Position numbers and translations under genes: made by a program
In this document: positions 1 through 6,396 of the stretch, in pieces
Position numbering within the stretch: the stretch's first letter is position 1
Layout of the letters: the number at the start of each line of letters is the position of its first letter
From: Pseudomonadota bacterium
Lineage (GTDB): Bacteria; Bdellovibrionota; FAC87; UBA2466
Assembly (NCBI GenBank): GCA_043767805.1
Contig: JAYUGC010000026.1
Location: forward strand, 1 to 39,966
DNA length: 39,966 nucleotides
Direction of reading: 5' to 3'
Notes under the pieces: generated by a model
Told to the model about the DNA's origin: nothing
The model's input: the letters and a program-made list of their open reading frames with translations, nothing else
Databases searched by the model: none

Positions 1-70
1 GCGGAGCACGATTAGGACGCGGGTAGGGAGTGGGTAGGGGCGTTGCTTGCGCTTTGCTTAAGGTTACTCA

Positions 71-430
71 TGCCTTCCGACGCTGGTGGCGGCGCGAGAA
101 TGTTGGCGGCGGGTTAGGCGTTTCTCTTTTTAGGCGTGTGCGCCCAATAGACCACGCTGCCGTCTTGTGGCTTGCCCGCTCCGCCCATACCGCTGCAAAG
201 CGCGGCCCTCGCTCACGCCTCCGTTTCGGATTTAAATATTTTTATTTCCGAAGAAAAAAACAAAAATTTAAAAATCCGAAGATCACAGCAGTACGACTTT
301 TGATGTGTCCGAGGGCGGTTAGGCGTCGGGCGGGGCCGAGCTAGAAGCGTAGCCGAGTAGGAAAAGGCATCGCAAAAGACGAAAAGTTGACGCCACTGGA
401 CACGCTAAACTTCGCCAGCGTCGGAAGGCA
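71..430. mobile_element. MITE-like non-autonomous element / structured repeat (360 bp)
   Basis: Perfect 16-bp inverted repeats TGCCTTCCGACGCTGG (71-86) and CCAGCGTCGGAAGGCA (415-430); TG...CA ends; CTCA direct repeat on both flanks (67-70, 431-434); several internal stems; no convincing ORF. Confidence 0.65.
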
Positions 431-540
431 CTCAACACCCAGTCTATCGTCGACAAAACGCGCTCCCTATTGCTTCAAAAAGCTATTGCCCCGACATCAG
501 CAGAGACGTATTCATACTCTCGATGCAACGCAATCTCTGG

Positions 541-1335
541 CTAGCGGCGAAACGGGAGGGCGAGGAGCCAGCCGAGACGGGAAGGCTTGGCGTCGCGGTA
601 CTCGAGCAGGCCGATCTCCATGCCCTGATGGCCGTCCCGAGGCTGAGCGATATAGGTGCCGCAGAGGCGGTCCCAGATCGGCAAGTTGAAGCCGAAGTTG
701 GAGTTGGTCTCGTCCCTATGTACCGAATGATGCACCCGGTGCATGTCCGGCGTGACGAGGAACAAGCGGAGCACCCGATCGAGGCCGAAGGGCAGGGCCA
801 CGTTGCTGTGATTGAACATCGCGGTTCCGTTCAAGATAACCTCGAAGAGTACGACGGCGAAAGCGGGAGTGCCGAGCAAATAGATGGCGCTGAACTTAAT
901 CACCATGGAGATTACGATCTCCGCCGGGTGAAACCTGAGTCCCGTCGTGACGTCGATATCTCCGTCCGCGTGGTGCACTTGGTGCAGTCTCCAGAGCACG
1001 GGTAGGAAATGAAACATCACGTGCTGCAGATAAATGACGAAATCGAGGAGAATGACGGTGAGAAGCACCCGTGCCCAATAAGGCAGGCCAAATTGGTTCA
1101 GTAACCCTATCTGATGGCTTTCCACGTAATGGGCGAGCCAAATCCCGGTAAAAGGGAACAGAAAGCGAACGGCCGCCGAGTCCACGAAGACGAGCGCGAG
1201 ATTGCTCGTCCATCGCCTTGCCTTGGGAAGCCTCAACGGCCGCTTCGGCCTAAAAACTTCCCACACGGCCATGAAGCCGAGGATTAAGAAGAAGCACCCA
1301 AGGCGAACGGTCAGTTCAAGGCGGGGGTCCATCAT
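541..1335 (-). CDS. Sterol desaturase / fatty acid hydroxylase family membrane protein
   Basis: His boxes HVMFH, HQVHH, HRVHH, plus NSNFGFNLPIWDRLCGT. Start moved to MMDPRL (ATG 1335) because the longer ORF overlaps the rhodanese. Confidence 0.9.
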   Translation of the reverse strand: MMDPRLELTVRLGCFFLILGFMAVWEVFRPKRPLRLPKARRWTSNLALVFVDSAAVRFLFPFTGIWLAHYVESHQIGLLNQFGLPYWARVLLTVILLDFVIYLQHVMFHFLPVLWRLHQVHHADGDIDVTTGLRFHPAEIVISMVIKFSAIYLLGTPAFAVVLFEVILNGTAMFNHSNVALPFGLDRVLRLFLVTPDMHRVHHSVHRDETNSNFGFNLPIWDRLCGTYIAQPRDGHQGMEIGLLEYRDAKPSRLGWLLALPFRR

Positions 1336-1351
1336 GGTAGAGTCTCTTCCT

Positions 1352-1744
1352 ATGAGCTTGAAAAATCTATTGTATCGGACCTTTTTCAAGGACGCGAAGA
1401 AAGGGGAGAAGATCACCCCGAAGGACGCCTTCGCGCAAACGAAAAACGGAAAAGCCGTCCTGGTCGACGTCCGTGAGGCCGCGGAGCTCGAAAAGACGGG
1501 CATCGCCGAATCAGCCCAATGGATCGCGACCTCCGAAATCGCCGCGCAGTCGGGTGCCTTCAAAGCCTTCGTGGCGCGCCTCCCCAAAGATAAGAAAATC
1601 ATCGTTTACTGCGCCGCGGGCGTCCGGGCCGGCCGCTTCACCGAGTGGCTCGAGGCCAAAGGCTTCGCCGCGGCGAATCTCGGCGGGTTTAACGAATGGG
1701 CCAAAGCGCAGCTCCCCATTCAAAAATGGAACGGTCCCCAGTAG
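1352..1744 (+). CDS. Rhodanese-like domain protein
   Basis: LVDVRE...IIVYCAAGVRA...NLGGFNEW; start at ATG 1352 (MSLKN). Confidence 0.88.
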   Translation: MSLKNLLYRTFFKDAKKGEKITPKDAFAQTKNGKAVLVDVREAAELEKTGIAESAQWIATSEIAAQSGAFKAFVARLPKDKKIIVYCAAGVRAGRFTEWLEAKGFAAANLGGFNEWAKAQLPIQKWNGPQ

Positions 1745-1847
1745 TCATCCCCGCCCTTTCCGCTTATACTAAACAAATAGGTATTTAGCCGCCCCCCGCT
1801 TTTTTAGTCTCGAGGCTCCTCGGGATGTCCTTTTCTGGAGAAAATTC

Positions 1848-2645
1848 ATGGCTCTCAAGCTCAGACACTCCTTTGAGTTCATGGACCTCACTTGGGTCCC
1901 CCAATCCATCCGGCTCACCATGAGGGAAGTTCTCGAGTGCGCCATGTCCGCGCCCTTCCGCGACTACTACGACTGGGTGGCGGGAGAAGTGGCCAAAGCC
2001 GCCAAGGAACGAGACTGCGACACCATCGTGGAACTGGGGGCGGGCACGGCTCCCCTCACACGGCGCCTCGCGGTCGATCCTGAGGCAAAGGGCAAAAGAC
2101 TTGTCGTCTGCGATCTAAATCCCGACGCGGCTACCTATCAGGCTCTCGAGAAGGAGTTCTCCGGACAAGTCGAGCCGGTATATGCCGGCGTGGACTTCGC
2201 TCGCGTGCCGTCCTTTGGCCGGAAAGCGTTACTGGTTTTGTCGGCCTCGTTTCATCACGTACGGGAAAAGGAACGCGTCGCGCTTTTAAGGAGCCTCTTT
2301 GGGAGCTCGCCCAATGTTCTCGTGTTCGAGCCGCTCCGCCGGAACCTATCCTCCGTGATTTATGCCTCTTTTACGTTCATGCCCGGCCTGATGGCCCCCG
2401 CGGTCTTCTTGAAGTTTCACGGGCTGCGCCGGGGAGGCCATCTCCGTCGTCTTTTCTGGTGTTGGCTCGTGCCGGTGGTTCCTTTCATGCTCGCGTGGGA
2501 CGGGATTGTCTCGTGCTTGCGAATGTGGACCGCTGAAGAATGGGGTGAGGCATTGGAAGGCGCGGCCGTCCAAGAGTCTCCCCACAAACAAATCGTCGAT
2601 TGCTTACCGGCCACTAAAGCTTCGTCCCGCAGCCGAGCCGCATAG
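1848..2645 (+). CDS. Class I SAM-dependent methyltransferase
   Basis: Motif I IVELGAGTA, VVCDLNP, SASFHH, VFEP; GGAG RBS upstream. Confidence 0.8.
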   Translation: MALKLRHSFEFMDLTWVPQSIRLTMREVLECAMSAPFRDYYDWVAGEVAKAAKERDCDTIVELGAGTAPLTRRLAVDPEAKGKRLVVCDLNPDAATYQALEKEFSGQVEPVYAGVDFARVPSFGRKALLVLSASFHHVREKERVALLRSLFGSSPNVLVFEPLRRNLSSVIYASFTFMPGLMAPAVFLKFHGLRRGGHLRRLFWCWLVPVVPFMLAWDGIVSCLRMWTAEEWGEALEGAAVQESPHKQIVDCLPATKASSRSRAA

Positions 2646-2841
2646 GCGTACACCGTAAGAATTCACGAGCCCTTGTCCATCGCGTCTTCAAGAAGTGCCC
2701 TGTCCAGCGAAGGCGCTCGTCTAGTCGGGGAGCCTCCGTATACCGCTTGTCTCCCTAATTCTCTTCCGGACTTAGCAAGCGTTTAGTATTTCCGAGCCTT
2801 CGCTTGACCGACGAGGCACGCCCGTTGCATTTCCATAGGGC

Positions 2842-3516
2842 ATGACTATTCAGCTTGCGACCAAGTCCGATGCGGTTCAGCCTTTTAAACGGCTCCTGGA
2901 GCGGTTCAGCGCTCTCGCCCAGAAGGAAGGGGTCTCGGTCGTGCCTTACAGCGACCTTGGCCCGATTCATTTTCAGGCCCTGCCTCTCGACCGCCAGCTG
3001 GCGACTCTCGATAATTTCTCCCGCTATGTGAGCGTCTGCGAAGAAGCGGCGGCAAGCGGCGAGTCCCTGAAAGAGAACGGCCAGGTGCTCTGGCGCATGT
3101 TCAATCGCATGGGATTCCGTCCGGTGAGTACTCTCATGGACGAGGTAACCAACGACATCGTGGTCGAAATGTACGACCGCAATTACGTGCAGATTTTCCG
3201 CAATCTCCGCTTTTTTGAGTTTTGCAGCTACACGATCGACGAATTGCTCTGCCGGCCGTTTTGGGAGCTCTTCCGCCGTGAAGAGTCTCTGACGCCGCAG
3301 ATGCTCGAGAAAACGGGAGCGCTCTTTGGTGGCCAGATTTGCGGCACCTACCAATGGGACGTGGGTATCCACGTCGTTGATGAGATCGAGAGTCCCTACA
3401 AGTACCGTGGGGTGGTTAAGTATAAGTTCATTTCGCCGCTCCATGACGCCTCTGGTCAGGTGGCGGCGATGATTAATACCTTCGAAATCATCTCTTACAC
3501 GCGCATGGTCCCTTAA
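2842..3516 (+). CDS. Stand-alone PAS-like domain protein with N-terminal helical extension
   Basis: DIVVEMYDRNYVQIFRNLRFFEFCSYTIDELLCRPFWELF matches the PAS core pattern; SPLHDASGQVAAMI resembles a PAC motif; no output domain. Confidence 0.6.
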   Translation: MTIQLATKSDAVQPFKRLLERFSALAQKEGVSVVPYSDLGPIHFQALPLDRQLATLDNFSRYVSVCEEAAASGESLKENGQVLWRMFNRMGFRPVSTLMDEVTNDIVVEMYDRNYVQIFRNLRFFEFCSYTIDELLCRPFWELFRREESLTPQMLEKTGALFGGQICGTYQWDVGIHVVDEIESPYKYRGVVKYKFISPLHDASGQVAAMINTFEIISYTRMVP

Positions 3517-3655
3517 GCCTCACGATCGCACTGGACTATAAACAATTTGGTGTTTATAAGACGGGTCAGAAGCTCGTTTTTGCCTAGGCGGTCGTTTGAA
3601 GGATGTCCACATACCTTACGTCGAATTGGAAGCCCGGGACGGCTCGGAGGCCCTG

Positions 3656-4060
3656 ATGCCCGTCTATGCCTTGCATCTGCGCTACGTTCCCGAGCTTGGG
3701 GTAGCCATCGCCGACACCCGGGATCAAATTGAGGAGCTGGCAGAAGGGGAAGGCCGAATTTTCGTGGAGCTAAAGCGCTGGCGGGGGCACCTTGAGGCGC
3801 TGGAGGGCCGGACGAAGGAACTCGCCCAGCGATCCGAGCGTCGTAGCCAGAGTATTTTAGCTTTGGTGGAGGAAGCCGAAAAAACAGCTTCCCTGATTAA
3901 GAAAATCTCCATGGAACTGGGCGAGGCTTCTTTAAACTTGTCAAAAGTCACGTGTTTGGTTGACCGAATTGCGAAAAGCAGCGACGATTTAATTCAAATT
4001 TTTAGCGCGCTGCGACTAGCGGAAACGTCCACTAGGTCTGAGTTTGGGAGTCATTCATGA
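3656..4060 (+). CDS. Hypothetical coiled-coil protein
   Basis: Heptad-like helical sequence; ATG 3656 preceded by GGAGG (ORF track start TTG 3596 is the alternative); ATGA overlap with the XRE gene. Confidence 0.55.
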   Translation: MPVYALHLRYVPELGVAIADTRDQIEELAEGEGRIFVELKRWRGHLEALEGRTKELAQRSERRSQSILALVEEAEKTASLIKKISMELGEASLNLSKVTCLVDRIAKSSDDLIQIFSALRLAETSTRSEFGSHS

Positions 4061-4371
4061 AAACTGCTAACGAAGAACAAGACATGCGCTGCCGAATTCT
4101 CGGCTCGTTTCTGAAAAACGCGCGAGAAAAGGCAGGGCTTACTCAGCAGGAAGTGGCTCAGCGCCTCTCCTACACGTCGGCCCAATTCGTCAGCAACTGG
4201 GAGCGGGGAGTGTCCTCGCCTCCGTTGGACTCGCTTCCCAAAATCTCCATACTCTTGAAGATCAGCCCTCGGTCGCTCATCGAGACTCTGCACAAGTACC
4301 AAGACGAGCTTCTGAGGCTTCAGAGAAAAGAGCTCATGGCAATCTTCCGTAAAAGGATGGGAACCCGGTAG
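4057..4371 (+). CDS. XRE/Cro-CI family helix-turn-helix regulator
   Basis: LKNAREKAGLTQQEVAQRLSYTSAQFVSNWERGVSSP is a classic HTH_3 pattern. Confidence 0.9.
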   Translation: MKTANEEQDMRCRILGSFLKNAREKAGLTQQEVAQRLSYTSAQFVSNWERGVSSPPLDSLPKISILLKISPRSLIETLHKYQDELLRLQRKELMAIFRKRMGTR

Positions 4372-4375
4372 GTCC

Positions 4376-5035
4376 TTACGCCGCTTTCTTGAGCTTGGTG
4401 GTAACACCCTGGCTCTGGGCGACGACGTCGGCCAGCATCGACTCGTATAGCGCCCGGCTTTGCGCCAAGTTTTTCAAGGTCAGTTCGGCCTCTTCGGGAG
4501 GCGCCGCGAGCATCCGGTTCATGCCTTCCTCGAAATGCCCTTTGTCTTCCATGGCGTGAACGCGGACGAAAGTCGCGCCTTCCCGTCCATAGGTTGCCTC
4601 GAGTCTTTTCACGACCGCCTTGCACTCCCGGACGGCCAAGCCTTCGAGCATCAGGGAGTAGCCGGCATGGGCAAAGGGACCGCACCGCTCGATCCAGTAG
4701 TACTGCGTCTGCCAGATGAGCGCGGTGTCCCGCAGCTCGGGGAGCGTCTTTAGATCGTAACCAATGTGCTTGAGATCCCGCGCGGCCAGCTCGTCATGGC
4801 CCACTTCTTCGCGCAAATGCTTGAGTACGTCGCGGTGGAGCTTGGGGCGCTGAGGCCCGAGCTTACTCGCCACCAGGCAAAGAAAATTCGTCGTGTGCTG
4901 CACGAGATAATAGGATTGCGCGAGCCACAAGGCATAGGCGGCTTTATCCTCCCACGGAAAGTTGCGGAAGGACTCGCCCAAGGGCTTGATGTGCTCTTCG
5001 AAGGCATTCACGAGACGCTTTTTGTTCAGATCCAC
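4376..5035 (-). CDS. Heme-oxygenase-like diiron (iron-containing redox enzyme, PqqC/CADD-like) protein
   Basis: HLREEVGH, MLEGLA and VHAMEDKGH supply E/H/E/H/D/H ligand candidates; GTG start with AAGGAG RBS. Confidence 0.8.
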   Translation of the reverse strand: MDLNKKRLVNAFEEHIKPLGESFRNFPWEDKAAYALWLAQSYYLVQHTTNFLCLVASKLGPQRPKLHRDVLKHLREEVGHDELAARDLKHIGYDLKTLPELRDTALIWQTQYYWIERCGPFAHAGYSLMLEGLAVRECKAVVKRLEATYGREGATFVRVHAMEDKGHFEEGMNRMLAAPPEEAELTLKNLAQSRALYESMLADVVAQSQGVTTKLKKAA

Positions 5036-5045
5036 GGGGGCTCCT

Positions 5046-5747
5046 TTAAGCGGCCTGCTTTAGGCCGGGCTCTACGACAATCCGAGTCGTATCGGTTCGT
5101 TGATTCCAGAAAGCTTCGACGAGATGGCTCACGTCCGCGCTGGGGTGAGGGCGCATCGCCTGCGGGAAAAAAGCGATCTGCTTGCAGGGCGTGTTGTAAA
5201 TCCGCCGGACGTCGCCCACGACGACGGCTCCCTGTTCCTGTACGAGCCGATCGACGCCGACGTCGACACGCGCGATGCCCACGGCCGCGTCCACGTTCCA
5301 TTCCTGGGCAAGCTTTACGCCGAGCCCGATCATGACGGAGGCGAGGGAGACGCCGATTTTGGGGGAGCGCCAGGCTTTGAGGACCGAGTACAGCTCCATG
5401 GAGAGCAGTGTGTTTGCGCCCTGCGCGTGAAGGCTCTTCAAGTAATCGTCAGAAAAGTAACGGGAGAAATAGGAATGCGCGCGGGTACCGACGCAACCGG
5501 TGTCAAAAAAGGAATGGGCGTGTAACGCTACGATTTCCCCTTGGGACTCTAGAAACCCGACTACCGTTTGGCGCAAGAAATCATCGGGGTTCGGAGCTTT
5601 GTCCGTGCGATTTTTCTTGAGCACTTGCGTCCAGAAATCGAGCCAAAAACGATAGGCGCGGTCGTGGAGTTCCGTTTGCCGATACCCCGGAGGCGGGGTG
5701 CCCGGAACTTGGAAGTACTTTAGAGATCGCGTCAGTAAGCTGGACAT
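5046..5747 (-). CDS. Putative GNAT-fold acyltransferase (LuxI/FeeM-like)
   Basis: HDRAYRFW helix, NPDDFLRQ, strands VVGFLE..EIVALH, SMELYSVLKAWR (GNAT motif-A-like), then helix and AVGIARVD; 10 bp upstream of the diiron gene. Confidence 0.5.
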   Translation of the reverse strand: MSSLLTRSLKYFQVPGTPPPGYRQTELHDRAYRFWLDFWTQVLKKNRTDKAPNPDDFLRQTVVGFLESQGEIVALHAHSFFDTGCVGTRAHSYFSRYFSDDYLKSLHAQGANTLLSMELYSVLKAWRSPKIGVSLASVMIGLGVKLAQEWNVDAAVGIARVDVGVDRLVQEQGAVVVGDVRRIYNTPCKQIAFFPQAMRPHPSADVSHLVEAFWNQRTDTTRIVVEPGLKQAA

Positions 5748-5929
5748 GTTTTTTATAAAGTAATTTTGTTTAGCGACTCTTGAATTGTCGGAAAAATTTC
5801 GGCGGATCCTTAGTCGTTTTTAAGAGCCAAAAGAGTTAAATAGTCTTAAAGTCCTGATTTGGGTTACCGACGGTGTTGACGTAACTCAACCGATTTTGTT
5901 TAGTGAGGGGCGTCAAAAATTCGAGCGGC

Positions 5930-6298
5930 ATGCCTGAAAAACAACTCATTTTAGTCGTCAAGGACGAGTCGGCCATTCGGAATCTGCTTCAAGCCATCCT
6001 GGAGGCCGAGGGCTTTGACGTCCGTCTGGCTGCGGATGGCGAAAAAGGCCTGCAGCAGGCCCGTGAGCTCGGCCCCGACCTCGTTCTACTGGATCTCAAC
6101 TTGCCGCGGGCCGACGGACTCGAAGTCTGCCGCAAGATGCGGGGCTCGGAGAGAACGAAGCGGCTGCCCATTCTCTACGTGACGGGCGGCGGAGACGAGC
6201 ACGACAGGTATGCCGGTCTCCGCGCGGGTGCCAATGCTTATCTAGCAAAGCCGTTCAATCGCGCTGAGCTCATGGCCAGCGTTCGTTCCGCTCTCTGA
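5930..6298 (+). CDS. Single-domain response regulator (CheY-like receiver)
   Basis: ILVVKDE, LVLLDLNLP, YVTG, LAKPF; no output domain; ATG 5930. Confidence 0.85.
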   Translation: MPEKQLILVVKDESAIRNLLQAILEAEGFDVRLAADGEKGLQQARELGPDLVLLDLNLPRADGLEVCRKMRGSERTKRLPILYVTGGGDEHDRYAGLRAGANAYLAKPFNRAELMASVRSAL

Positions 6299-6396
6299 AA
6301 AGCTTTAGCCTGAACGCACTGTGTTAGGCGCGGATTAAATCCTCGTGAGGTCACTGTAAGACTGAGTTAGAGTGACGGCTTCTTCCGGAGAATGGC

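Noticed and set aside
112..326. GTTAGGC integron attC core sites (also at 6323)
   Set aside because: No properly spaced RYYYAAC inverse core, no cassette array and no integrase.
71..430. tmRNA, RNase P or retron msr-msd identity for the 360-nt element
   Set aside because: No tRNA-like GGGG...CCA ends, no GAGGAAAGTCC core, and no reverse transcriptase in the window. A retron cannot be fully excluded because the left flank is not visible.
30..689. ORFs 30-344 and 387-689
   Set aside because: Compositionally odd translations of the structured element and of the antisense strand of the desaturase.
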